A DNA stretch of 64,000 bases. It comes from Candidatus Omnitrophota bacterium. GTDB lineage: Bacteria > Omnitrophota > Omnitrophia > Omnitrophales > Aquincolibacteriaceae. Of the stretch, positions 29,222 to 39,089 are shown one piece after another. Under the pieces are notes generated by a model, which was not told the DNA's origin, searched no databases, and saw only the letters and a program-made list of their open reading frames with translations. The stretch's first letter is position 1; every line of letters begins with the position of its first letter. Location of the stretch: positions 71,966 through 135,965 of the forward strand of contig JAKLIQ010000005.1 of assembly GCA_022709525.1 (NCBI GenBank), in the 5' to 3' direction. The position numbers were made by a program, and so were the translations under genes.

Positions 29222-29321
29222 CCCCGTTAGAGTTTCAACTTGTATGAAACTGTTTTTCTTGTTGAGTAGTTCATATTTAAAAAATAATTGCCCGTCTTGA
29301 GCCGTTCTAGCTCTAACGGGG
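29222..29321. repeat. ~100-bp element bounded by 11-12-bp terminal inverted repeats CCCCGTTAGAG / CTCTAACGGGG with an AT-rich interior (copy A).
   Basis: Seen directly. The same terminal inverted repeats bound a second ~110-bp element at 40187..40296. Interiors share GAACGG(G)C...TTAT next to one terminus but are in opposite orientation relative to the downstream gene. Copy A ends 9 bp upstream of the rplS ATG. Confidence 0.6.
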
Positions 29322-29334
29322 TAAATCCTTGAAA

Positions 29335-30006
29335 TTATTTCAAAAGGTCCGGCCGTTTCCGGCGCGTGGCTCGTTCCGCCTCATGATGGCGCCAAAGCGC
29401 CACTTGTTGATGATCTCCAGAGCAAAGCACCTCCGGAACTTTCCACCCCCGGTATTCCCGGGGCCTTGTGTAATGCGGGTGCTCCAGTTTCCCCGACTGA
29501 AAACTTTCATGCCGGACCGACTCTTTGTTCCCCAAAACCCCGGGGATCAGTCTCACGATCGACTCGATCAGGCAAAGGGCCGGGGCCTCGCCGCCCATCG
29601 TGATAAAATCGCCGACCGAAATCTCTTGATCGGCCAAATGATCTTTGACCCTTTGGTCGACGCCTTCATAATGCCCCGCGATCAAGACCAGGTGTTTTTT
29701 TCTCGCGAGCTTTGCGGCAAGCGTTTGGCTCATCGGCTCGCCCTGCGGGTCTAAAAGGATCACCCAGGCTTTTTTTCCGACCTCTTCAACGCATTCAAAG
29801 ATGGGTTCGGGTTTCATGACCATGCCCGCCCCGCCGCCAAACGGTTTATCGTCCGCCGTTTTATGCCGGTCATGCGTCCAACCGCGAAGATTGTGCGTCC
29901 GGATCCTTACAAGCCCTTTGGCCTGGGCTTTCTCCAGAAGCGACTCTTCCAGCGGACTCTTAAAAAAACCGGGGAAGAGCGTTACGATATCGATCGCAAG
30001 CGCCAT
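29335..30006 (-). CDS. trmD: tRNA (guanine37-N1)-methyltransferase.
   Basis: The listed ORF starts upstream and overlaps rpsP. Homology begins at the internal ATG 30006 (MALAIDIVTLFPGFF...). It carries the SPOUT-knot glycine-rich motif (DKPFGGGAGMVM). Confidence 0.88.
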   Translation of the reverse strand: MALAIDIVTLFPGFFKSPLEESLLEKAQAKGLVRIRTHNLRGWTHDRHKTADDKPFGGGAGMVMKPEPIFECVEEVGKKAWVILLDPQGEPMSQTLAAKLARKKHLVLIAGHYEGVDQRVKDHLADQEISVGDFITMGGEAPALCLIESIVRLIPGVLGNKESVRHESFQSGKLEHPHYTRPREYRGWKVPEVLCSGDHQQVALWRHHEAERATRRKRPDLLK

Positions 30007-30032
30007 AGGTTCTGACTTTCTTGAAAAAGAGA

Positions 30033-30290
30033 TCAGGCGCTCTTCTTGGCTTTTTTCTTCTGACGGCGCACCAGGCTTCTTAAGGCAACGCTCATTTGCG
30101 CGCCCTTTTTCACCCAGTAATCGAGACGATCCTGCTTGACGACAAAAATATCCTCTTTGGGAAGAGCGTCGTAATGGCCGATCTCCTCGATGAAACGTCC
30201 ATCCCGCGGCATTTTCGCGTCGCTGACAACGATGCGCCACTGAGGACGGTTCTTGCTACCGAAACGCTTCATTCTTATCTTGACTGCCAC
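30033..30290 (-). CDS. rpsP: 30S ribosomal protein S16.
   Basis: 85 aa. [22 protein letters not shown]. Confidence 0.92.
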   Translation of the reverse strand: MAVKIRMKRFGSKNRPQWRIVVSDAKMPRDGRFIEEIGHYDALPKEDIFVVKQDRLDYWVKKGAQMSVALRSLVRRQKKKAKKSA

Positions 30291-30331
30291 ATTGCCTCCT
30301 TTGTGATCATTTCAAATTTAAGATTTGAATT

Positions 30332-31597
30332 TTATTCTTTTTCCCTGCGGATCGAAGCTCCGAGAGCGGTGAGTTTCTGTTCGAGATTCTCATACCCACG
30401 GTCTAAGTGGTAAACGCGCTGGACCTCGGTCGCTCCTTCGGCGACAAGTCCCGCGAGCACAAGCGCCGCGCTGGCCCTGAGATCGGAAGCCATGACCGGC
30501 GCTCCGCTCAATTTTTTCACGCCGTGCACGATCGCACTCGGCCCTTCCAAAAATATCTTCGCTCCCATGCGCCCAAGCTCCGGCACGTGCATAAAGCGGT
30601 TCGGATAGATCTTTTCCGTCAAGATGCTGATCCCCGGCGTAATGGTCGCGAGCGCCATGGCTTGCGCCTGAAGATCCGTCGGAAATGCCGGATACGGAAG
30701 CGTTGTGATGTCCACGGGCTTGAGCCGTCCATTTTTCCGCACCCTTACCGAATTTTTGAATTTATCGACCCGCACGCCCGCTTGGCCTAATTTATCGATC
30801 ACCGCGTTCAGATGGGCCGGTTCCATTTTTCGGACCAGGATGTCCCCGCCCGTGATCGCCGCGGCGTAAAGGAACGTCCCCGCTTCGATGCGGTCCGGGA
30901 TCACTTGGTACTCTGCCCCGCGCAGCTTCCGGACGCCTTCGACCTCAAGGCGAGGGGATCCTTCTCCCGCGATCTTGGCGCCCATTTTTTTTAAAAACCT
31001 TGCAAGGTCCACGACCTCGGGTTCGCAGGCGGCGTTCTCGATCACGGTCTTTCCCTGCGCCAGCGTCGCCGCCATCATGACGTTACCCGTGGCCAGCACC
31101 GAGGAGCCGTACCCGCCTCCAAGATAGATGTCTGTGCCGCGTAATTTTTTTCTCGCGCGGACCTTTACATACCCGTGCTGGATATTGATATCGGCATTAA
31201 GCGCTTCGAGCCCTTTGAGATGAAGATCGATGGGCCGAGGGCCGATCGCGCAGCCGCCCGGAAGCGATACCTCGGCTTCGCCGAAGCGCGCCAAAAGCGG
31301 CCCCAAGACACAAACCGAAGCGCGCATGGTTTTGACAAGCTTGTACGGCGCGAGCGGCCTTAAATTCTTCCCTGGCTTGATCTTAAGGCAGCCGTTTTCA
31401 AGAATGGCCTTCGCGCCAAGGGAGCGAAGAAGCTTGACCATCGTATGCACGTCCCAAAGCGACGGAACGTTCGAAATAACGGATTCTTCTTCGGTAAGAA
31501 GCGCGGCCGCCATGATCGGCAGGACCGCGTTCTTTGAACCGGAGATATCGACTTCTCCCCGGAGCCGGTTCCCGCCTTGAATAATGATCTTATCCAT
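30332..31597 (-). CDS. murA: UDP-N-acetylglucosamine 1-carboxyvinyltransferase.
   Basis: 421 aa. MDKIIIQGGNRLRGEVDISGSKNAVLPIMAAALL... Confidence 0.92.
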   Translation of the reverse strand: MDKIIIQGGNRLRGEVDISGSKNAVLPIMAAALLTEEESVISNVPSLWDVHTMVKLLRSLGAKAILENGCLKIKPGKNLRPLAPYKLVKTMRASVCVLGPLLARFGEAEVSLPGGCAIGPRPIDLHLKGLEALNADINIQHGYVKVRARKKLRGTDIYLGGGYGSSVLATGNVMMAATLAQGKTVIENAACEPEVVDLARFLKKMGAKIAGEGSPRLEVEGVRKLRGAEYQVIPDRIEAGTFLYAAAITGGDILVRKMEPAHLNAVIDKLGQAGVRVDKFKNSVRVRKNGRLKPVDITTLPYPAFPTDLQAQAMALATITPGISILTEKIYPNRFMHVPELGRMGAKIFLEGPSAIVHGVKKLSGAPVMASDLRASAALVLAGLVAEGATEVQRVYHLDRGYENLEQKLTALGASIRREKE

Positions 31598-31603
31598 AAA
31601 AAA

Positions 31604-32485
31604 TCAGTTTTTCCTTCGGGCCATCACGACCCGTTCGATCCCCAAATGGTCACGAAAACGCTGGATATTATCATAACCCGCTTCTTGAAACCACTTTGAA
31701 ACGGTCTCGGCCTGCCCCGCCCCCACTTCAAACCCTATAAGGCCGCCTGCCGTTAGGAGGTCTTTTGCTTGGGCAATGATCGCCCTGTAAAAATCCAGGC
31801 CGTCCTTCCCGCCGTCCAAAGCCATCCGGGGCTCATAGCGAAGCTCTTCCTGGGCCTCTTTCAGGTCTTTTTCCGAAAGATAAGGGGGATTGGAAACGAT
31901 CAAATCCCATTTTTTTGGATCAGTGAACGCCCTAAAAAGATCGCTTGGGACAATTTCTGCCCGGTTTTCCAGGCCGTAGCGTTTTAAATTTTCAAACGCC
32001 GCTTCAAGGGCGCCCCCGGAAATATCCGTCATGGTGGCCGTGGCATTGCCGCAGGCGCGCAGGATCGCGATGGCGATGGCGCCCGATCCGGTCCCGAGGT
32101 CCAGGAATGAAAATTTTTCTTTTTTCATTTCACCGATATTTTTTAAAACCTGCTCGACGAGGATCTCGGTCTCGGGACGAGGGATAAGGCACCGCTCGTC
32201 CACCAAAAGCGTTTCATGCCAAAAATCCGTTTCTTTCAAAAGATACGCGAGCGGGACGCGCTTCGTTCTTTTCTCAAGGATCTCCAGAAATCTGTTCCGG
32301 ATCCCCGAAGGGTCTGTTTCATGTTCTTTTAAAAAAAGTTCCGCGCGAGAACATCTCAAAAGCTTCATCATGACGCGTTCGCATTCTTCGCGGCCCTCTT
32401 CGATCCCTGCCCGCAAAAGTTCTCCTTGCCCCCACGCGAGCAACTCCAAAAGTTCTCCGTTCCGAACACTTTGAAGGCATTTCAT
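31604..32485 (-). CDS. prmC: Release factor glutamine N5-methyltransferase (HemK/PrmC).
   Basis: 293 aa. DLGTGSGAIAIA and the NPPY motif (IVSNPPYL). Its stop overlaps the prfA region (4-bp overlap). Confidence 0.88.
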   Translation of the reverse strand: MKCLQSVRNGELLELLAWGQGELLRAGIEEGREECERVMMKLLRCSRAELFLKEHETDPSGIRNRFLEILEKRTKRVPLAYLLKETDFWHETLLVDERCLIPRPETEILVEQVLKNIGEMKKEKFSFLDLGTGSGAIAIAILRACGNATATMTDISGGALEAAFENLKRYGLENRAEIVPSDLFRAFTDPKKWDLIVSNPPYLSEKDLKEAQEELRYEPRMALDGGKDGLDFYRAIIAQAKDLLTAGGLIGFEVGAGQAETVSKWFQEAGYDNIQRFRDHLGIERVVMARRKN

Positions 32486-33558
32486 AGCGCCGTAAGCCGC
32501 CTTTCTTTTTCGTCCTCGGCCAGCGCTTGAATGAGCGCATCCATTTGGCCGTCCAGAACTTGCGAAAGACTATGAAGCGTCAATCCGATTCGGTGATCGG
32601 TCACCCGGTTGTCGGGATAATTATAAGTTCTGATCTTTCCGGACCGGTCGCCCGAGCCCACCTGTTCTTTGCGGTTCTTGGCGATCTCGGCTTCCTGCCG
32701 CTCGCGGCGGAATTCATAGATCTTCGCGCGAAGGATACGCATGGCTTTCGCTTTGTTCTTTTGCTGCGACCTCTCATCCTGGCACGCGACGACAAACCCC
32801 GTCGGGATGTGCGTGATACGCACCGCCGATTCGGTCTTGTTCACATGCTGGCCGCCGGCACCGGAAGCGCGGTAAACATCGATCCGGAGATCGGTCGGGA
32901 TGATCTCGATCTCTTCTTCCGCGACTTCGGGCAGCACCGCGACCGTCACGGCGGAAGTGTGAATGCGCCCGCTTGCCTCGGTTTTGGGAACGCGTTGGAC
33001 GCGATGAATGCCGCTTTCGTATTTAAAACAGCTGTAAGCGTGTTCGCCGCTTACGCCAAAAATGATCTCTTTGAAGCCGCCGATCCCGGTGGGGTTCAGA
33101 TCCATAACTTCAACGCGCAAACCATGATCGCTGGCGTACATGCTGTACATGCGAAAAAGATCGGCCGCAAAAAGCGCCGCTTCTTCGCCGCCGGTGCCGG
33201 CGCGGATCTCGACGATCACATCCCTCGCCGCATCGGGTTCGGTATCCCGCAAAAAAAGGTCTTCCAGGCGGACCTCTCTTTGCCGCTGCTCTTCTTCGAG
33301 AGTTCTTAATTCCTCGTTAATGAGATTTTTCATGCCGTCGTCGCCATGGCTTTCGGTAAGGCCGTGCTTCAGTCCTTCAACCTCCTTCTCTATTTTCCTG
33401 TATTGCTCGAAGGTCTCGACGATCGGCCGGAGAAGCGACATTTCCTTACTGAGAGACTGGAACTTGTTCCGGTCCCGGACGGTCTCCGGGTTCGCGAGCA
33501 ATCCTTCGAGCTCGCGGAACCGGGCCTCGGTCTTTTCAAGTCTTTCGCGTATTCTCAT
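32482..33558 (-). CDS. prfA: Peptide chain release factor 1.
   Basis: 358 aa. [20 protein letters not shown] (GGQ motif). PST-type tripeptide region. Confidence 0.93.
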   Translation of the reverse strand: MRIRERLEKTEARFRELEGLLANPETVRDRNKFQSLSKEMSLLRPIVETFEQYRKIEKEVEGLKHGLTESHGDDGMKNLINEELRTLEEEQRQREVRLEDLFLRDTEPDAARDVIVEIRAGTGGEEAALFAADLFRMYSMYASDHGLRVEVMDLNPTGIGGFKEIIFGVSGEHAYSCFKYESGIHRVQRVPKTEASGRIHTSAVTVAVLPEVAEEEIEIIPTDLRIDVYRASGAGGQHVNKTESAVRITHIPTGFVVACQDERSQQKNKAKAMRILRAKIYEFRRERQEAEIAKNRKEQVGSGDRSGKIRTYNYPDNRVTDHRIGLTLHSLSQVLDGQMDALIQALAEDEKERRLTAL

Positions 33559-33878
33559 TTCCCCTGGGCTTTGACCTTGTCTTTAAGCGCCTGGAGTTTT
33601 TCGCGGCGGGCATCCTCGGAAAATTTGAGTTTGACCGGCATTTTCGGCGCGGCTTTGGTCGATTTTTTCGTGACCGCAACACGGTCCTGGAATTTCTTCT
33701 TGAAACGGTCGATGCGGCCGGCGGTGTCGAGGATCTTCTGCTTGCCAGTATAAAATGGGTGGCAAACCGAACAGATATCGACCTGGATCCGCGGAAGGAC
33801 GCTGCGCGTTTCCACGATATTGCCGCAAGCGCACTGGATGGTGCAGGGACCGTATTTAGGATGGATTTCTTTTTTCAT
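33555..33878 (-). CDS. rpmE: 50S ribosomal protein L31.
   Basis: 107 aa. MKKEIHPKY...CACG...[13 protein letters not shown], with a C-terminal K/A-rich extension. Confidence 0.9.
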   Translation of the reverse strand: MKKEIHPKYGPCTIQCACGNIVETRSVLPRIQVDICSVCHPFYTGKQKILDTAGRIDRFKKKFQDRVAVTKKSTKAAPKMPVKLKFSEDARREKLQALKDKVKAQGK

Positions 33879-33883
33879 GGGTC

Positions 33884-35323
33884 TTACTCCTTTACTTTAT
33901 TCATGCTGAGAAGAAAATCAGCGTTGGATTTGGTTTTCTTAAGGCGGTCCACCAGAAGCTCCATGGCTTCCGACGGATTGAGCTCGTTTAAGACTTTGCG
34001 GAGGATCCACACGCGGTTCAGTTCCTCGGCCGGGATCAAAAGATCTTCTTTACGCGTGTTGGATTTTTTCACGTCAATGGCCGGGTAGATCCTGCGCTGG
34101 AAGAGATTGCGGTCAAGCTGCAGCTCCATATTCCCCGTGCCTTTGAATTCTTCGAAGATGACCTCGTCCATGCGCGATCCCGTGTCCACGAGCGCGGTGG
34201 CGATGATCGTGATGCTGCCGCCCTCCTCGACGTTGCGGGCCGACCCGAAAAAGCGTTTCGGTTTGTGGAGCGCGTTGGAATCCACGCCGCCGGAGAGGAT
34301 CTTCCCGGAATGCGGCGCCACAGTGTTGTAGGCGCGCGCAAGACGTGTGATGCTGTCTAAAAGAATCACCACGTCGCGCTTGTGTTCGACAAGACGCTTG
34401 GCTTTCTCAAGCACGATCTCCGCGACTTGCACGTGACGATCGGCCGGCTCATCAAAGGTTGAAGCGATAACTTCGCCTTTGACGGAACGCTGCATGTCCG
34501 TCACCTCTTCGGGGCGCTCATCGATCAGAAGCACGATCAAATAAGCGTCCGGATGGTTCGTTGTGATGCTGTTGGCGAGTTTCTGCAAGAGGATCGTTTT
34601 ACCGCTGTAGGGAGGCGCCACGATCAACCCTCTTTGCCCGAAACCGATCGGCGTTAAAAGGTCCATGACCCGCATCGAAACTTCTTCCTGCGTCGTTTCA
34701 AGCTGGATCCGCTGGTCCGGATAAAGCGGCGTGAGATTGTCGAAGGCGATCTTGTCCTTCGCGCTGTCCGGCTCTTCAAAGTTGATCATTTCAACCTTGA
34801 GGAGCGCGAAATACCGCTCGCCTTCTTTCGGCGGACGGATAAGTCCTCCGACCACGTCGCCGGTCCGGAGGTTAAAGCGGCGGATCTGGCTCGGGCTGAC
34901 ATAGATGTCATCTGGCGAAGGAAGATAATTGTAGTTGGGCGAACGCAGGAACCCAAAACCATCCTCCAGGATCTCCAGGACGCCTTCACCGAACATGAGC
35001 CCCGATTGCTGGGCCTGCCCTTGAAGGATCTTGAAGATCAAGTCCTGGCGTTTCAAGCCCGCAACGTTCTCGATTTTGAACTTATGCGCCATTTTCTGAA
35101 GTTCGCTGATCTTCATTTTCTTCAGACTGGCCACATCCAGCGGTTTCTCGCCGGATTTCTGCTGTTGCAGGGCTTTTTCCAGGGCTTCGCCGTTCGCTGC
35201 GGCGTCTTCCTGCATGATGCGGGGCGGGCGCGGCTTTGCGACATTGCCATCTTCGGCACGACGGTGATGTCCGTGAGGTCTTTCTCTGGGTTCGCGCACT
35301 TCTCTAGTTTCTTTTGTTGTCAT
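33884..35323 (-). CDS. rho: Transcription termination factor Rho, with a ~60-aa basic N-terminal extension.
   Basis: 479 aa. From [14 protein letters not shown] onward it aligns with E. coli Rho throughout (GKTILLQ Walker A; [16 protein letters not shown]). The extra N-terminus is R/E/H-rich. Confidence 0.93.
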   Translation of the reverse strand: MTTKETREVREPRERPHGHHRRAEDGNVAKPRPPRIMQEDAAANGEALEKALQQQKSGEKPLDVASLKKMKISELQKMAHKFKIENVAGLKRQDLIFKILQGQAQQSGLMFGEGVLEILEDGFGFLRSPNYNYLPSPDDIYVSPSQIRRFNLRTGDVVGGLIRPPKEGERYFALLKVEMINFEEPDSAKDKIAFDNLTPLYPDQRIQLETTQEEVSMRVMDLLTPIGFGQRGLIVAPPYSGKTILLQKLANSITTNHPDAYLIVLLIDERPEEVTDMQRSVKGEVIASTFDEPADRHVQVAEIVLEKAKRLVEHKRDVVILLDSITRLARAYNTVAPHSGKILSGGVDSNALHKPKRFFGSARNVEEGGSITIIATALVDTGSRMDEVIFEEFKGTGNMELQLDRNLFQRRIYPAIDVKKSNTRKEDLLIPAEELNRVWILRKVLNELNPSEAMELLVDRLKKTKSNADFLLSMNKVKE

Positions 35324-35346
35324 GATGGTTTGGCTCCTTTTTTAAT

Positions 35347-35500
35347 GAACGCATAACTTACGGTCGTTACGCCGTAAGTTATTTGCGTGAATTAAACCCC
35401 GCACCCAGCTCGCATGAGCCAAGAAGGGTTATTTAAATTACTAATTTTTCTGAAAGATGCTTTGTTCCCTTTGCCCCAGCCGCCAATTTGGGTGCGGGGT
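35347..35500. promoter_or_regulatory. Structured rho leader / coaE 3' region. Contains a 14-bp stem hairpin (CGCATAACTTACGG...CCGTAAGTTATTTGCG), a 10-bp inverted-repeat pair CCCCGCACCC...GGGTGCGGGG flanking an 84-bp AT-rich interior, and the motif CGCACCCAGCT.
   Basis: Seen directly. The architecture (GC-rich 10-bp terminal inverted repeats plus ~85-bp AT-rich core) resembles the CCCCGTTAGAG elements. Confidence 0.45.
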
Positions 35501-35536
35501 CAATTTGCCCAAACAACTTAGCATCGCTCTTGCTCG

Positions 35537-36145
35537 CTAAGTTGTGGATTTATTGAGGGAAACGAACTTGCTCCAAAGACGCTCGATCTCCCTTTGTGTT
35601 TGGTAAATAGATTTTGAATTATCGATAATAAAATCCGCTTTTCGGGCTTTTAAACTCTCTGCCATTTGGGCTCGTTCACGCGCCCGGACCTCTTGGGGCG
35701 GGAACCCGTCCTTTTTAAGACGCTTCAGTTTGATCGTGTTATTGCAGGTAACGGTCAAGACCTTGTCGCAGAGTTTTTCGAACCCCGTTTCAAAAAGAAG
35801 CGGAACCTCCACCAAGACCACCCTGCTCATGGACGCTTCGATCTTTTCTTTGATCCGCTCGTAGACATAAGGGTGGATGATCTTCTCGAGCTCTTTTCTT
35901 TTTCCGGGATCCGCAAAAACGATCTCCGCAACCTGTTCGCGGTCCATTTTTTTCCCCGAAGGATGAAGCGCCTCTTCAAAAAGTTGGGCGATCAGGTCAA
36001 AAACGGGGCTTCCTTTTTTCATCGCGTCATGGGCGATCTTGTCGGCATCGATCACGTCGGCCCCGAGGTTCTTAAAGCGCTGCGCGACGGAGCTTTTCCC
36101 GGCCCCGAAACCTCCCGTCAGGCCCACGATCAGTTTTTGTACCAT
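35537..36145 (-). CDS. coaE: Dephospho-CoA kinase.
   Basis: 202 aa. LIVGLTGGFGAGKSSVAQ. Confidence 0.9.
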   Translation of the reverse strand: MVQKLIVGLTGGFGAGKSSVAQRFKNLGADVIDADKIAHDAMKKGSPVFDLIAQLFEEALHPSGKKMDREQVAEIVFADPGKRKELEKIIHPYVYERIKEKIEASMSRVVLVEVPLLFETGFEKLCDKVLTVTCNNTIKLKRLKKDGFPPQEVRARERAQMAESLKARKADFIIDNSKSIYQTQREIERLWSKFVSLNKSTT

Positions 36146-38844
36146 GTGTCTCCCGAAAAAACATCCGCCTTAAGCGGCACCTTCAGTTTGTAAGCGCCTT
36201 CCATTTCTTCTCTGACGAGCCGGGTGAGCGCGTCGACTTCGGCGGCTGGAGCGTCGAACACAAGCTCATCATGCACCTGAATGATCATGAGACTCTGGCT
36301 CTTTTCTTTTTCGAGGCGGCTTTGGATCGCGATCATGGCGATCTTGATCAGGTCCGCCGCGGAGCCTTGAAGCGGCGCATTGATCGCGGCGCGCTCGGCG
36401 TATTGCCTTAACTGCACGTTTGAAGCGTGAATGTTCGGAAAATAGGACCGGCGGCCAAGGATCGTGGTCAAATACCCTTCCTTTTTGGCTTTCTCTTTCT
36501 GGCCGTCCAAGAATTCTTTGATCTTCGGATAGCGGGAAAAATAATTTTTAATGAACTCATCCGCCTCCGAGATCGACATATGAAGGTCCTGGGAAAGGCC
36601 GTAACTAGTCTTACCGTAAACAATACTGAAGTTGATGGTCTTGGCGGCATTCCGCATTTCGCGCGTCACGTCCTTTTCCTTGACGCCATAAAGCAGCGTG
36701 GCTGTATAGGCGTGAATGTCCCGGTCCTCTTCAAAAGCTTTTGTTAAATTCGGATCTTCCGAAAAATGGGCGAGGATCCTTAATTCGATCTGGGAATAGT
36801 CGGCCGAGAGGATCTTGCCTTTTCCTCTCCCTCTCGAACGAGGCACGAAAGCTTTGCGGATCAACCGGCCCATTTCTGTTTTGATAGGAATATTCTGTAG
36901 ATTGGGTTCCGAACTTGAAAGCCGTCCGGTATCTGTCGTTGTCTGGTTGAATGAAGTATGCACGCAATGGGTTTGGGGATTGACCATTTCCGGCAACGCG
37001 TCGAGATAAGTGGATTTGAGTTTCGCGCGCTCGCGATATTCAAGGATCTTCCGCGGCAACTCGTGAGAAAGCGCGAGTTTTTCAAGCACGCCCGCGTCCG
37101 TGGAATAGCCGGTCTTGATCTTTTTAAAAGCCGGCAGCTTTTTTTGAACGAAAAGAATGTCCGCGAGTTGTTTGGGAGAATCGAGATTGAATTCGGTGCC
37201 CGCGTCCGCGTAAATATCTTTGACAAGCGCCGCGATCTCCCCCGTGGCCTTTTCGGAAAGTTTTTTAAGGAACTCGAGGTCCAGCGCCACGCCGTTCATT
37301 TCAACCTTGGCAAGGACCCCCGAAAGCGGCAGCTCTGTTTTTTTATAAAGTTCCGTCAGCCCGAACTCTTTAAGCTTGGCCTCGAGGATCGGCACAAGCC
37401 GCAGGACACAGTCGGCGTCCTCGCAGGCATAGGCGGTGATCGTTTCGAGGGGCACAACGTCCATGGTGATGCTTTTTTTGCCGCTTCCGATGAGACTTTC
37501 GGTCGGGATCTTTTTCACATCCAGATATTCCAGCGAAATGTCGTCCAGATTGTGGTTTCTTTTAACAGGATCGATCAAATAGCTTGCGATCATGGTATCG
37601 AACGCGACGCCGGCGAGCCGGATCCCGTGGCGGGCCATGACGATCTCGTCATATTTGATGTTCTGACCGTATTTAGCTATTTTTTCATCTTCCAGAACGG
37701 ACTTTAAAGCTTTCAGGACGTCTTTTTCAGAGAGGCCGGGTCCCTGGTGCAAAGAAGAGGACACGGGAACATAATAAGCTGTAAGGGGCTCCCAGCAAAA
37801 ACTCATGCCGACAAGGGCCGCTCTCATCGGATCGGAAGAGGTCGTCTCGGTGTCAAAGCTGAATGCTTTTATTTTTTTCAATTTTTCGGCAAGAATTTGA
37901 AGTTCTTCTGAGGCCGTAACGGCTTTATAGTTCCGTTTTTCCGCCCCTTTTTCTCCCTGCGGCGCAGAGCTTTTAAGAAGCCCGCGGAATTCATAACGCT
38001 TGAAAAATTCCGTTAAAGCCGCGTTGTCTGGTTCGGTAACGCGGATTTTGTCCCAGTCGATCTCGAGGGAAACGTCCGTATCGATCGTGGCGAGTTTTTG
38101 AGACAATTGAAGTTCTTCCATGTTTTCCTGGATCTTTTGTCTTTGCTTTTCCGATGAAAGCTTCTCGAGGCCCTTAAGAAGCCCTTCTACGGAACCGAAT
38201 TCCTGCATGAGCTTGATGGCCGTTTTTTCTCCAATCCCCGGCACCCCTGGAATGTTGTCGGAAGCGTCGCCCATGAGCGCGAGGATATCCACAACCTTGT
38301 CGGGGCCGAGGCCGCCAAAGCGTTCCCGAACCGCCGCGGCATCGTAGACCTTGTTCTCTTTGTGCGGCTGGAGGATCTTGACCTTCTCGTCAACCAGCTG
38401 GAAGGCGTCCTTGTCACCCGTGATGATAAAGACCCGGTAGCCTTCTTGCTTGCCCCGGAGCGCCAAGGTCCCGATCACGTCATCGGCCTCATAGCCGGCC
38501 TTTTCAAAGACCGCGAGTTTGGAGATCCGGCAGAACTCCTTGATGGGTTCGATCTGGCTCACCAGCTCCTCGGGCATGGGCTTGCGGTGCGCCTTGTATT
38601 CCTTGTACTGCTCGTGACGAAAGGTCGGCTCCCTCCGGTCAAAACACACCGCCGCGTGGTCCGGCTTCTGTTCTTCCATAAGCTTGCGGAGCATGGTCAC
38701 GAAACCATAGATCGCGTTGGTCGGCTCCCCCTTGGAATTCGTCAAGCCCGGGATCGCGTAGAAGGCCCGGTAACAAAGAGAGTGGCCGTCGATCAGGAAA
38801 AGTTTTCCCTCTCGGGGGTTTCTTTCCGGGGTCCGTTTGGCCAT
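36130..38844 (-). CDS. polA: DNA polymerase I.
   Basis: 904 aa. 5'-3' exonuclease N-terminus, 3'-5' exonuclease domain and pol domain (RRSAKTINFSIVYG, QVHDELVF). Confidence 0.93.
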   Translation of the reverse strand: MAKRTPERNPREGKLFLIDGHSLCYRAFYAIPGLTNSKGEPTNAIYGFVTMLRKLMEEQKPDHAAVCFDRREPTFRHEQYKEYKAHRKPMPEELVSQIEPIKEFCRISKLAVFEKAGYEADDVIGTLALRGKQEGYRVFIITGDKDAFQLVDEKVKILQPHKENKVYDAAAVRERFGGLGPDKVVDILALMGDASDNIPGVPGIGEKTAIKLMQEFGSVEGLLKGLEKLSSEKQRQKIQENMEELQLSQKLATIDTDVSLEIDWDKIRVTEPDNAALTEFFKRYEFRGLLKSSAPQGEKGAEKRNYKAVTASEELQILAEKLKKIKAFSFDTETTSSDPMRAALVGMSFCWEPLTAYYVPVSSSLHQGPGLSEKDVLKALKSVLEDEKIAKYGQNIKYDEIVMARHGIRLAGVAFDTMIASYLIDPVKRNHNLDDISLEYLDVKKIPTESLIGSGKKSITMDVVPLETITAYACEDADCVLRLVPILEAKLKEFGLTELYKKTELPLSGVLAKVEMNGVALDLEFLKKLSEKATGEIAALVKDIYADAGTEFNLDSPKQLADILFVQKKLPAFKKIKTGYSTDAGVLEKLALSHELPRKILEYRERAKLKSTYLDALPEMVNPQTHCVHTSFNQTTTDTGRLSSSEPNLQNIPIKTEMGRLIRKAFVPRSRGRGKGKILSADYSQIELRILAHFSEDPNLTKAFEEDRDIHAYTATLLYGVKEKDVTREMRNAAKTINFSIVYGKTSYGLSQDLHMSISEADEFIKNYFSRYPKIKEFLDGQKEKAKKEGYLTTILGRRSYFPNIHASNVQLRQYAERAAINAPLQGSAADLIKIAMIAIQSRLEKEKSQSLMIIQVHDELVFDAPAAEVDALTRLVREEMEGAYKLKVPLKADVFSGDTWYKN

Positions 38845-39089
38845 TTTGGGATTTAACTCGAAGTTTCCTGATTGATCTGTATTGGGAGCTGATCTTTTCG
38901 CTCCGAATTCGTTTTAAAATAACGCGGAAAACAAAAGCGGCTCTTAAAGCGCTGGGATTATGTTTGAATTGGATCTCGTTTGCGTGGAATTATTCCCGGG
39001 CCTGGCTTATACCCGCCGGGCCGCCTCCCCTGCTTGAAGGCGGGCATAGAATACCCAACCCCCCAGGCGGGGTCAAGTTTTATTTGGGT

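Noticed and set aside
32527-33309. 260-aa plus-strand ORF
   Set aside because: Antisense to prfA. No motifs.
36958-37707. 249-aa plus-strand ORF
   Set aside because: Lies antisense inside polA. No recognisable domain.
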